From assembly GCA_963717585.1 (NCBI GenBank), contig CAVQWI010000004.1, forward strand, positions 16,299 through 80,298: a stretch of 64,000 bases of DNA, given 5' to 3'. Source of the stretch: an uncultured Actinomycetota bacterium (GTDB lineage: Bacteria; Actinomycetota; Actinomycetes; Actinomycetales; Microbacteriaceae). The position numbers and the translations under genes were made by a program. Below the pieces are notes generated by a model. That model saw nothing but the letters and a program-made list of their open reading frames with translations, did no database searches and was not told the origin of the DNA. This document shows, piece by piece, positions 29,862 to 38,956 of the stretch (within the stretch, counting starts at the first letter, position 1; each line of letters begins with the position of its first letter).

Positions 29862-30600
29862 TCCCGCCATGCCGAGTGTCCCGGACACGCCAGATGGTGA
29901 CGCCGAGGAGCGGAGCGTCTCGGACGCTCAAGGGGAAGGGATCGAGGGGCGCAGGGTGCTCATCGCCGGCGCGACGAGCGCGAGCGGCCGCGCGGCGGCG
30001 CGGGCGCTCCTCGCCTCGGGCGCCTCCGTCATCGCGGTCGGACGCGATTCCGCGAAACTCGCCGATATCGCCGCCGAACTGCCCGGGGTTCGAACCGAGA
30101 CATGCGACCTGGACGATGAGTCCGCGGTGCGCGACCTGGCCGCACGCGTTCGTGAGACGGTCGGATCGGTCGACGGGGTCGTGCACCTCGTGGGCGGATG
30201 GCGCGGCGGCGGCGGCCTGAAAGGGCAGAGCGACGAGGACTACCGCTTCCTCGAGGGCTCCCTCACGGCGCTGCGTCACGTGAGCCGCGCGTTCGACGAC
30301 GATCTGCGCTCGTCCGACGCCGGGCGCCTCGCCATCGTGTCGTCCACCGCGGTCGCCCGTCCGCTCGCCGGCGGCGCGAACTACGCGGCCGTCAAGGCCG
30401 CGAGCGAGGCGTGGACGCGCGCGGTCGCCCAGGGCTTCGCGAAGTCCGCCCGGGATGCCGGCACCCCCCTCTCCGCGGCGGCCGTGATCTTCCGCGCGAA
30501 GGCGCTGGAGGGCCTGGAGGGCACGCTGGCGGAGGCGATCGTGGATCTCTGGTCGCGGGATGCAGCATCCCTCAACGACACCGTCGTACCGCTGGAGTAG
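29854..30600 (+). CDS. SDR family oxidoreductase (start uncertain)
   Basis: AGATSASG Rossmann motif, YAAVK catalytic motif. Confidence 0.88.
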   Translation: MPDPAMPSVPDTPDGDAEERSVSDAQGEGIEGRRVLIAGATSASGRAAARALLASGASVIAVGRDSAKLADIAAELPGVRTETCDLDDESAVRDLAARVRETVGSVDGVVHLVGGWRGGGGLKGQSDEDYRFLEGSLTALRHVSRAFDDDLRSSDAGRLAIVSSTAVARPLAGGANYAAVKAASEAWTRAVAQGFAKSARDAGTPLSAAAVIFRAKALEGLEGTLAEAIVDLWSRDAASLNDTVVPLE

Positions 30601-30752
30601 CGGAATCTCGCCGCGGTCGAGCCAGTGCGGGGTCGCCCGCTTTGATTCTCTCCGTGATGTGACCCCGCGGGACCCGTCCCTGCGTAAGCGATCGATCCTT
30701 CTCGCGTCTAAGAGGTACAGGCCTCGCCACCGACCGAGAGAAGGACGAAATA

Positions 30753-30794
30753 ATGACACGCATTCTTGCTCGTGCCGCGGGGCGTTCCTCATGA
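30753..30794 (+). CDS. Putative 13-aa upstream ORF MTRILARAAGRSS, coupled to the next gene by ATGA overlap
   Basis: GAGAAGGA RBS upstream; stop overlaps the ATG at 30791. Confidence 0.4.
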   Translation: MTRILARAAGRSS

Positions 30795-31594
30795 GCACCG
30801 CGAAGGGTGCTGCTCGGGCGGCTCAGGATTCGACGGTGTTCCGGGTGGTGGCTCGGGTCGGGTATGTGGTGTTGGGGGTGCTGCATATCGTGATCGGGGT
30901 GATCGCGATCTCGTTCGTGACCGGTGGGGGTGGCGGTGAGGCGGATCAGGGTGGTGCGATGGAGCAGATCGCGGACGCCCCGTTGGGGGTGCTGCTGCTC
31001 TGGCTGATCGTGCTGGGCCTTCTCGCCCTGGCGGTCTGGCAGATCGCGGAGGCGTTCCTGGAACGCAACCCGGATCCGAAGAAGAAGTGGGGGTACCGGG
31101 CGAAGTACCTCGGCACCGCGGTCGCGTACCTGGGGATCGCGTTCACCGCGCTGGTCTACGCCCTGGGCGGGCAGTCCGATTCGTCCCAGTCGTCGCAGTC
31201 GTTCAGCGCGCAGCTGATGTCCACCCCGGGCGGGATCGTGCTGCTGGTCCTGTTCGGGCTGCTGATCGCCGGGATCGGGGTCGCGTTCGTGATCCGCGGG
31301 ATCACCCGGGCGTTCAAGAAGCACCTGGACCTGCCGCCGGACCCGGCCGGGTCCGGGATCGTCGCGTTCGGGGTGGTCGGGTACATCGCCAAGGGCATCG
31401 CGATCGGGGTCACCGGTGTGCTGTTCGTGGTCGCCGCGCTCACCCACGACCCGGAGACCGCGGGCGGGCTGGACGCCGCGCTGCACACCCTCGCCGGGCT
31501 CCCGTTCGGACCGATCATCCTCTGGATCGTCGGACTCGGCCTGATCCTCTACGGACTGTTCTGCTTCGCCCGCGCCCGCTACGCCAGAATGTGA
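30791..31594 (+). CDS. DUF1206 domain membrane protein
   Basis: Three repeated TM hairpins; ARVGY, ADQGGA, GYIAKG, GGLDAAL. Confidence 0.85.
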   Translation: MSTAKGAARAAQDSTVFRVVARVGYVVLGVLHIVIGVIAISFVTGGGGGEADQGGAMEQIADAPLGVLLLWLIVLGLLALAVWQIAEAFLERNPDPKKKWGYRAKYLGTAVAYLGIAFTALVYALGGQSDSSQSSQSFSAQLMSTPGGIVLLVLFGLLIAGIGVAFVIRGITRAFKKHLDLPPDPAGSGIVAFGVVGYIAKGIAIGVTGVLFVVAALTHDPETAGGLDAALHTLAGLPFGPIILWIVGLGLILYGLFCFARARYARM

Positions 31595-31672
31595 ACCAAC
31601 ACCGGCCACGGCGGGTCCGAACGGGATCGCCGGTCACGACGTTGTGCGCGCAGGCGCTGGAGGGTGGCGACG

Positions 31673-32482
31673 ATGCCCGAGATCACGACCTCGGACGGCG
31701 TGCGGCTGAACTATCTGGAGTCCGGTGACCCGGCTGGACGACCCGTTGTGCTGGTCGCCGGGTTCAAGGCCCCGGCGACCAGCTGGAAGCCGCAGCTCGG
31801 CCCTCTCGAGAAGGCCGGCTACCGTGTCATCGCGCTCGACCGACGCGGACACGGTGCGTCGGCGATCGGAGCGGATGGTGCACACACGATGGATCGTCAT
31901 GGCGCCGACATCGGCGAGACGATCGCGGCGCTCGGCTTGGAGGATGCGACCGTGGTCGGCCAGTCCATGGGCGGCAACGCGATCTGGGCGCTCCTGCTCG
32001 CGAACGGCGCGAAAGGCATCCGGGACGTCGTCATCGTCGACCAGACACCGAAGATGCTCAACTCCGACGACTGGTCCTTCGGGTTCTACGGTTACGACGC
32101 ATCGAACGCCGACACGTACTTCGCTACCGGCATCCCCGACCCGGGCCGGCACTCCGTGGCCTCGAAGGGCGCGGTGCGCGTCGCGCGCCTGCTGAAGGCG
32201 ACCGACCTCAAGGCTGCCCGCGCCGGCTTCACTGCAGCCGAGCTGGAACTGCTGGGCGACCATGCGAAGCGCGACTGGCGTCCCGCCATAGCGGCATCGC
32301 TCGTGCCGGCGCTGTTCGTCGCAGGTCGCGAGAGCGAGGTGTGGCCGTGCGAGCATGCGGCAGCGTCGGCGGCGTTGAGCGAACGTGCCCAGTCGACCGT
32401 GATCGAGAAGGCCGGACACGCGACCAACATCGAGCAGCCCAAGGCGTTCAACGAGGTGCTGCTGGAGTGGCTGTCCCGCTAG
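31673..32482 (+). CDS. Alpha/beta fold hydrolase
   Basis: DRRGHG, GQSMG nucleophile elbow, AGH. Confidence 0.9.
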   Translation: MPEITTSDGVRLNYLESGDPAGRPVVLVAGFKAPATSWKPQLGPLEKAGYRVIALDRRGHGASAIGADGAHTMDRHGADIGETIAALGLEDATVVGQSMGGNAIWALLLANGAKGIRDVVIVDQTPKMLNSDDWSFGFYGYDASNADTYFATGIPDPGRHSVASKGAVRVARLLKATDLKAARAGFTAAELELLGDHAKRDWRPAIAASLVPALFVAGRESEVWPCEHAAASAALSERAQSTVIEKAGHATNIEQPKAFNEVLLEWLSR

Positions 32483-32536
32483 CGGGAGTGCGCCGCTTGC
32501 GGCGAGTCAGGGCCAGGCGTCCCTTGCGCGCCGGAG

Positions 32537-33931
32537 TCAGAAGGCCTTGCCGGGGTTGAGCGTTCCACGGGGATCGAGCGCGGCTTTGATGTCGCGATGC
32601 ATCGCGAGCACCCGCTCGCCCAGTTCGATGCGTGCGCCGGGCAGCTTCAGCAGCCCGACCCCGTGCTCCCCCGTGACCGTGCCGCCGAGCGCACGGCAGT
32701 CGTCGACGATGCTGTCGAACGCCGACTTCGCGCGCTGCTTGGCGGCATCGTCGTTCTCCGGCGCGATGATCAGCGGATGCAGGTTGCCGTCGCCCGCATG
32801 GGCGATGGTCGCGATCACCACGTCGTGCTCAGCGGCCGTGTCGCGAATGCGTGCGAGCATCTCGGGAACGGCGGCACGCGGCACGCAGATATCCTCGGTC
32901 AGCACCGGGCCCAGCCGCTCGAGGGCGGGGTAGGCGAGTCGGCGGGCCAGGAAAAGCCGGTCCACCTCTTCCGGCGCTGCGGCCTGCTCGACGGCGAGAG
33001 CGCCGGCTGCGGCCATGTGAGCGGCGACGGATGCCGCAGCATCCGCCCCCGCAGCGCCGAGGTCGTCGACCGTCGCGAGCAGCAGGGCGGCGACGCTCTG
33101 CGGAAGGCCGAGTCCGCGCCAGTCGTCCACCGCTCGCACGCACATCTGATCGATCAGCTCGAGCGCCGACGGGATGATTCCCGCCGCGGTGATCGCGGCC
33201 ACGGCGTCTCCTGCCGCCTCGAGGGAGGCGAACGAGCCGACGATCGCACGCTCTTCGCGGCCGCCCAGCGGGAGCAGCTTGAGGGTGAGTTCGGTGATGA
33301 TCCCGAGGGTGCCCTCGGACCCGACCATCAGGGCGGTGAGGTCGTACCCGGTCGCGCCCTTCGCGGTGCGGCGGCCGAGCTGCACGACCTCGCCGTCGGC
33401 GAGCACGACCGTCATGCCGAGGACGTAGTCGCGGGTCACGCCGTACTTCACGCAGCAGATGCCGCCGGCGTTCGTCGCGGCGTTGCCGCCGATCGTGGAG
33501 ATCCTGTAGCTGGCAGGGTCGGGCGGATACCAGAGCCCGTATGCGGCGACGGCAGTGCGAAGGTCGTCGTTGATCACACCGGCCTCGGCGACGACGTAGC
33601 GCTCCTGCGCGTTGACCTCCCGCACGCGCGTCATCCGTTCGAGCGAGACGACGATCGTCTCCGCGAGCGCGTTCGCCCCGCCGGAGAGACCGGTGCCGGC
33701 GCCGCGGGCGACGACGGTCATCCCCGCGCCGGCGGCGAACCGCACGACGGAGGCCACGTCGGCGGTGGTCTCGGCCAGCACGACCGCACGCGGCCGGTGA
33801 TACTCCGCCCACTCGGCGTCGTCGTGCGCATAGTCGTCCCGGCCGGCGGGGTCGGCGATGACCTGATCGGGACGCAGGAACTGCAGCAGAGCCGCTGTCA
33901 CGGAGTCGGTGAGGGGAGCATCGGCGCGCAT
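32537..33931 (-). CDS. FAD-linked oxidase (GlcD/D-lactate dehydrogenase family)
   Basis: RGAGTGLSGG, PDPAS, HAGDGNLH, GEHGVG, LNPGK. Confidence 0.92.
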   Translation of the reverse strand: MRADAPLTDSVTAALLQFLRPDQVIADPAGRDDYAHDDAEWAEYHRPRAVVLAETTADVASVVRFAAGAGMTVVARGAGTGLSGGANALAETIVVSLERMTRVREVNAQERYVVAEAGVINDDLRTAVAAYGLWYPPDPASYRISTIGGNAATNAGGICCVKYGVTRDYVLGMTVVLADGEVVQLGRRTAKGATGYDLTALMVGSEGTLGIITELTLKLLPLGGREERAIVGSFASLEAAGDAVAAITAAGIIPSALELIDQMCVRAVDDWRGLGLPQSVAALLLATVDDLGAAGADAAASVAAHMAAAGALAVEQAAAPEEVDRLFLARRLAYPALERLGPVLTEDICVPRAAVPEMLARIRDTAAEHDVVIATIAHAGDGNLHPLIIAPENDDAAKQRAKSAFDSIVDDCRALGGTVTGEHGVGLLKLPGARIELGERVLAMHRDIKAALDPRGTLNPGKAF

Positions 33932-33975
33932 GAGCCGACTCTAGCCACGCGGACGCCGACGCAGGCCGGCCGAGT

Positions 33976-35544
33976 TCAGCGACGCGGGTCGAATTGCTGC
34001 TCGCGGGTGACGGCATCGCCGTCGGCGCCGTCGTACCCAGCGTCGGCGTCGTCTTCGTCCGTAGCCCGACGATCCTCCGGTTCTCCTGCTGCCACCCGAT
34101 CGCCCGCCGCGTCCTCTTCGCCCTCGGATTCGTCCGTGTTCGGTTCGGGCGCCTTCTGGTACTCCTCGGACAGCGTGCGGTAGCTGCGCGTCGTGAAGGC
34201 GAGGAGCGCGACGACCACCATCACGAGTCCACTGACCAGGAACACCAGCGCGATGCCGCGCGCCTCGCCGTCGCCGAGCAGCCAGCTCCACGTCTGCTGC
34301 CCCGCGTCCGAATCCATGTACGGGATGATCCAGAACTGGGCGATCGGCGCGATCAGGAATGCGGTGACGGGCGCGGCGGCCGACTCGAGCGCCGCGGCGA
34401 GGCCGAACACGCGACCCTGAGTGCGGAACGGGACCACTTTCTGGATGACGGTCTGCTCGGACGCCTCGACGGCCGGCACCAGCGCCATGTAGAGCCAGAT
34501 GCCCACGGCGTAGAGCCACCACCACTCGCGGATGGTGAAGAGCGCGCCGAGGATGCCCATGGCGACGACGACCAGGAGCATGGTGCGGATCGGGTTGCGG
34601 CCGAGCCCTCGCGCGGCGATGACGATGCCGCCGATGATGAACCCCGTCGAAGCCACTCCGAGCACCACACCCCACCATTCGACCGGGAAAAGCGTCAGTC
34701 CGTAGGGGTCCATCAGCGCCATGTAGACGCCGCCGATCAGATTGTTGAACGTCGCGAAGATGATGAGCGCGAAGAGCCCCGGGGCGGATCTGATCGCACG
34801 GATGCTGCCGCGGAAGTCGATGATCGGCTGCCGGTCGCCGTCGCGCGCGGGCTTCTCTTCGGGGATCCGGATGAAGGTGATGTGCACCAGGGCGAGCAGG
34901 GTGAACACGATCGCGATCACCAGAGTCCAGCCCATGCCGAGGAAGCCGATCGAGAGCCCGCTGAAGACGCTGGTGACGGCGAAGGCGATGCCCTGGACGG
35001 TGCCGACCATGCCGTTGGCGTTCGCGTGGCGCTCGACGGGGACGAGGAGGGTGACGGTCGTGGACAGTGCGATGTTGCGCATGTTCTCGATGACACCTCC
35101 GAAGAGGATGATCCCGGAGAAGAGCCAGAACCAGGGTCCGCTGATGTCGAGGAGCGCCGATTCGGGCTGCGCGAGGTACAGCGCGCCCGCCACGATGAAC
35201 GACGCCAGGGTGACCACGCTCGAGAGCACCATGACGACGTGCTTGCGGTAGCGATCGACGATCGTGCCGAAGACCATCGAGAAGATCGCCACGAACAGCA
35301 TGTACGCGCCGCCGATGATGCCGGTTGCGAGCACCGACTGCGTTTCGATGTACACCCAGAAAGTGAGCGCGAACCAGAGGAAGCTCGTCGTGATGTTCGC
35401 GAGCGCGGTGTTGATGAGCACCTGGATGAAGGTGCGCATGCCGTCGGGGGGAGGCGCGACAGCGGTGCCTTTCGCTGCTCCGGGCTGTGTCGTCTCGTCG
35501 CCCTGCGGCGCAATCGCGCCCGAGGCTTCGCCGGGGGAGGTCAT
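33976..35544 (-). CDS. MFS transporter (DHA3-like) with acidic C-terminal tail
   Basis: About 12 TM segments, GTIVDRYRKH, QGRVFG. Confidence 0.88.
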   Translation of the reverse strand: MTSPGEASGAIAPQGDETTQPGAAKGTAVAPPPDGMRTFIQVLINTALANITTSFLWFALTFWVYIETQSVLATGIIGGAYMLFVAIFSMVFGTIVDRYRKHVVMVLSSVVTLASFIVAGALYLAQPESALLDISGPWFWLFSGIILFGGVIENMRNIALSTTVTLLVPVERHANANGMVGTVQGIAFAVTSVFSGLSIGFLGMGWTLVIAIVFTLLALVHITFIRIPEEKPARDGDRQPIIDFRGSIRAIRSAPGLFALIIFATFNNLIGGVYMALMDPYGLTLFPVEWWGVVLGVASTGFIIGGIVIAARGLGRNPIRTMLLVVVAMGILGALFTIREWWWLYAVGIWLYMALVPAVEASEQTVIQKVVPFRTQGRVFGLAAALESAAAPVTAFLIAPIAQFWIIPYMDSDAGQQTWSWLLGDGEARGIALVFLVSGLVMVVVALLAFTTRSYRTLSEEYQKAPEPNTDESEGEEDAAGDRVAAGEPEDRRATDEDDADAGYDGADGDAVTREQQFDPRR

Positions 35545-35598
35545 ATCGGGAGGCTACCGGGGGCCCCGGACACGCGGAACCCCCGCGGTTCCTCGCCG

Positions 35599-36102
35599 TC
35601 AGCGAGGGCCGGACTCCACGAGCGCGGCCATCTTGTCGAGGCACTGCTCGAGCCCGTCGCGGGACATGTCCCGCGCCTGCGCGGACGCATAGCCGCTCTC
35701 GGTCATGTCCAGCCGCGTCCGGCCGCCATCGAGCGGAGTCAGCACGACCTCGTGCTCGCCGGCATCGGGGGCTCCGCCCTCGGGGATGCCCGCCTCGGCC
35801 GGGGTGATCGTCCGGCCGTCGGCATCCGCGAATCGGTAGATGTAGCGCATCAGCCGCGGCGGGTCGAGGGAGGTGATGTTCCACGTTCCGTGATTCTCGA
35901 AGCCGCCCCACTCGTCGGGCGCCCGCATCGTGACGAAGATGCGACCGCCCTCGCGGAGATCGACCTCGGCGCGTGGGCAGGTGAAGCCCGTCGGTCCCCA
36001 CCACTCGCGCAGGTCCTCGGGAACGGTCCACGCGTCCCACACGCGCTCGATCGGGGCGTCGAATTCCCGCGTCACTCGCACGTCGAAGGTCGTCTCGGTC
36101 AT
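35599..36102 (-). CDS. SRPBCC/AHSA1 domain protein
   Basis: REFDAPIERVWDAWT, WWGP, DLREGG; GAGG RBS. Confidence 0.88.
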   Translation of the reverse strand: MTETTFDVRVTREFDAPIERVWDAWTVPEDLREWWGPTGFTCPRAEVDLREGGRIFVTMRAPDEWGGFENHGTWNITSLDPPRLMRYIYRFADADGRTITPAEAGIPEGGAPDAGEHEVVLTPLDGGRTRLDMTESGYASAQARDMSRDGLEQCLDKMAALVESGPR

Positions 36103-36218
36103 GTCCTCGCCTTTCCTCAGCGCCGTCCAGGTCACTCGACGGTAGCGCCCACCCCTGACGCAGTGCACGGCACGTCCTCGCGCGGGCACGGCCGAACCTC
36201 GGCCGTAGGCTGGACGCT

Positions 36219-37337
36219 GTGACCGCGCTCCATGACACCGCCCTGCGGGGCTTCGCATCCGACAACTACTCCGGCATCCATCCGGAGGTGCTCGCCGCGG
36301 TCGCCGCCGCCAACGGCGGCCATCAGGTCGCCTACGGGGAGGACGAGTACACGGCGAGGCTCCAGGAGGTCTTCGCGCACCACTTCGGCGACGGCGTGGA
36401 GGCGTTCCCGGTGTTCAACGGCACGGGAGCCAACGTCGTCGGGCTGCAGTCGATGCTGCCGCGCTGGGGCGCCGTGATCGCGGCATCCACCGCTCACATC
36501 AACGTCGACGAGGGCGGAGCACCCGAGCGGGTCGCCGGCATCAAGCTCCTGACCGTCCCGACCGACGACGGCAAGCTGACGCCCGAGCTCATCGACCGCG
36601 AGGCCTGGGGGTGGGGTGACGAGCACCGCGCCCAGCCGCTGGTGGTCTCTGTGACGCAGTCGACCGAGCTGGGCACCGTCTACTCCGTCGACGAGCTCCG
36701 CGCGATCGCCGAGCACACGCATTCGCTGGGCATGAAGCTGCACATGGACGGGGCGCGCGTGTCGAACTCAGCGGCATCCCTCGGCCTCCCGCTGCGCGCG
36801 TTCACCCGCGACATCGGCGTGGACGTCCTGAGCTTCGGCGGCACCAAGAACGGCGCGATGCTCGGCGAAGCCATCGTGGTGCTCGACCCCGGGGCATCCG
36901 CCGGCCTCACCTTCCTGCGCAAGCTCAACATGCAGCTCTCGTCCAAGATGCGGTTCGTGTCCGCTCAGCTGATCGCGCTGCTGGAGGGCGACCTGTGGCA
37001 TCGCAACGCGTCGCACTCCAACGCAATGGCCGCGCGCCTGCGCGCGGGCGTGGAGGCGGGGGTCGCGGACGGATCGATCCGGGGCGTCGCCTTCACCCAG
37101 CCGACGCAGGCGAACGGCGTCTTCGCAACGCTTCCCGACGGCGTTGCCGATCGGCTCCGCGAGTCATTCCGCTTCTACGACTGGGATGCCGCGAAGAACG
37201 AGGTGCGCTGGATGTGCAGCTTCGACACCACCGAGGGCGATGTCGATGCGTTCATCGCCGCGATCGGACGGGAGACGACCCACCCCGGGGCGGAGCCGGG
37301 CCGGGGCGTCGAATCGGCGCACGTCCAGGTCGAGTGA
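36219..37337 (+). CDS. ltaE: Low-specificity L-threonine aldolase
   Basis: FASDNY, FNGTGAN, HMDGAR, SFGGTKNG. Confidence 0.88.
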   Translation: MTALHDTALRGFASDNYSGIHPEVLAAVAAANGGHQVAYGEDEYTARLQEVFAHHFGDGVEAFPVFNGTGANVVGLQSMLPRWGAVIAASTAHINVDEGGAPERVAGIKLLTVPTDDGKLTPELIDREAWGWGDEHRAQPLVVSVTQSTELGTVYSVDELRAIAEHTHSLGMKLHMDGARVSNSAASLGLPLRAFTRDIGVDVLSFGGTKNGAMLGEAIVVLDPGASAGLTFLRKLNMQLSSKMRFVSAQLIALLEGDLWHRNASHSNAMAARLRAGVEAGVADGSIRGVAFTQPTQANGVFATLPDGVADRLRESFRFYDWDAAKNEVRWMCSFDTTEGDVDAFIAAIGRETTHPGAEPGRGVESAHVQVE

Positions 37338-37349
37338 GGCCGGGCGAGA

Positions 37350-38003
37350 TCAGCGCAGCGCGCCGACAGACGCCATGCCGAGTCGCACGAGGGTTCCGCG
37401 TCCGCCCTCCATCTCGGCCGCGAGGGCATCTGATGCCGCTTCACCGGGCGGCATCCACGTCACCTCCAGCGCATCCTGGCGCGGCTGGCACGTGCCCGTC
37501 ACCGGGACGACGAACGCGAGCGACACGGCGTGCTGCCGGTCGTCGTGGAAGGCGGACAGGCCGGGCATCGGGAAGTACTCCGCGACCGTGAACGGCACCG
37601 GCTGGGGAGGCAGCAGCGGGAACGCCATCGGGCCGAGATCGTTCTCGAGGTGGCGGAACAGCGCATCGCGCACCGTCTCGCCGTAGCGGACCCGACCGCT
37701 GACGATCGTGCGGGTCATCTCGCCGAGCGGAGTGGCGCGCAGGAGGATGCCGACCTCGGTCACCGCCCCGAGGCCGTCGGTGCGCACGGGGATGGCTTCG
37801 ACGTAGAGGATCGGCAGGCGGCGGCGCGCTTCGGCGAGCTCGACGTCGGACAGCCAGCCCGGGTTGGACGCACTGCCCGGTGTGGGCGAGCCGAAGGAGC
37901 CGTCGCCGATCGGACCGCGGCCGAAGGACCCGCCGAGGGGATCGCGAGGCGTGCCGCTGTCGTCGCGCTCGTTCGGGTCGGGATCCGGGGTGCGTACGGC
38001 CAT
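37350..38003 (-). CDS. NUDIX-like DUF4916 family protein
   Basis: LYVEAIPVR, SGRVRYGET..DAL.RHLE.DLG, DDRQHAV. Confidence 0.8.
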   Translation of the reverse strand: MAVRTPDPDPNERDDSGTPRDPLGGSFGRGPIGDGSFGSPTPGSASNPGWLSDVELAEARRRLPILYVEAIPVRTDGLGAVTEVGILLRATPLGEMTRTIVSGRVRYGETVRDALFRHLENDLGPMAFPLLPPQPVPFTVAEYFPMPGLSAFHDDRQHAVSLAFVVPVTGTCQPRQDALEVTWMPPGEAASDALAAEMEGGRGTLVRLGMASVGALR

Positions 38004-38067
38004 GTCTCCTGTATACCCCAGGTGCCCCGCGCGCACCCGGACGGCGGCGACTGGGAGGATGAAGGGC

Positions 38068-38742
38068 ATGGCCGAGCTTCCCGCCCTCGATGACACCGCC
38101 GCTCTGTGGTCGGCCGAAACCGCGGAGCGCGGCGAGCGCCCGCTGCTCGTGCTCCTGCACGGCTACGGCGCCGACGAACGCGACCTGTTCGGCCTCGTCG
38201 CCCACCTGCCTCCGGAGTTCGTGGTGGCCGCGGTGCGAGCGCCGCTCACGCCCCCGTTCCCCGCCCCCGGGTACTCGTGGTACCCCATCGAGGGTCTCGA
38301 CGGCCGTGATCCCAGACACGTGACGGATGCCGCATCCGGCGTCCTGAGCTGGCTGGATGCCGCCGCCCCCGACGCCGCGGTGGGTCTCCTCGGCTTCTCG
38401 CAGGGCGCCGCAGTGGCGCTGCAGGCCATGCGGCTGCGGCCCGAGCGCTTCGCGTTCGCCGTCAATCTGTCGGGGTACGCGACGCCCGGAGAGCTGCCGG
38501 GCGATGAGGCGCTCGCGGAGCGGCGTCCGCCGGTCTTCTGGGGCAGGGGTACCCGCGACGATGTCATCCCGCCGTTCCTCGTCGAGCACACCGTCGCCTG
38601 GCTGCCCGAGCACGTGGAGTTGAGCGGCCGGGTGTACCAGGGCCTGACCCACAGCGTGTCGGAACAGGAGCTCGACGACGTGCGGGTCTTCCTGGAGAAG
38701 CAGCTCGGCGCGCTCGCCTCCGGACGCGACGCTGGGAATTGA
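38068..38742 (+). CDS. Phospholipase/carboxylesterase (alpha/beta hydrolase)
   Basis: LLHGYGA, GFSQGA, DDVIP, HSV. Confidence 0.9.
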   Translation: MAELPALDDTAALWSAETAERGERPLLVLLHGYGADERDLFGLVAHLPPEFVVAAVRAPLTPPFPAPGYSWYPIEGLDGRDPRHVTDAASGVLSWLDAAAPDAAVGLLGFSQGAAVALQAMRLRPERFAFAVNLSGYATPGELPGDEALAERRPPVFWGRGTRDDVIPPFLVEHTVAWLPEHVELSGRVYQGLTHSVSEQELDDVRVFLEKQLGALASGRDAGN

Positions 38743-38808
38743 CCGGTTGCCGCGGCCCCGGCATCCGCTATCGTGGGTAGGTCCTGTTCCCTATGTGAGG
38801 ATCCTCCG

Positions 38809-38850
38809 GTGAGACTGCTCGACGCTTCCGCGCCCGCATCCGCGCGCTGA
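38809..38850 (+). CDS. Putative leader peptide MRLLDASAPASAR upstream of the ABC-F gene
   Basis: GAGGA RBS, GTG start, within a leader of about 200 nt. Confidence 0.5.
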   Translation: MRLLDASAPASAR

Positions 38851-38956
38851 CCCGTCGACGCTCCTGTTGAGCACCGCCCCTTCGATCTGATCGAAGCCGG
38901 GCGAGCGGTGTCAGTGCATCCCTGAAATCAGGCCTGACACACCCAGGAGGCTTCCC

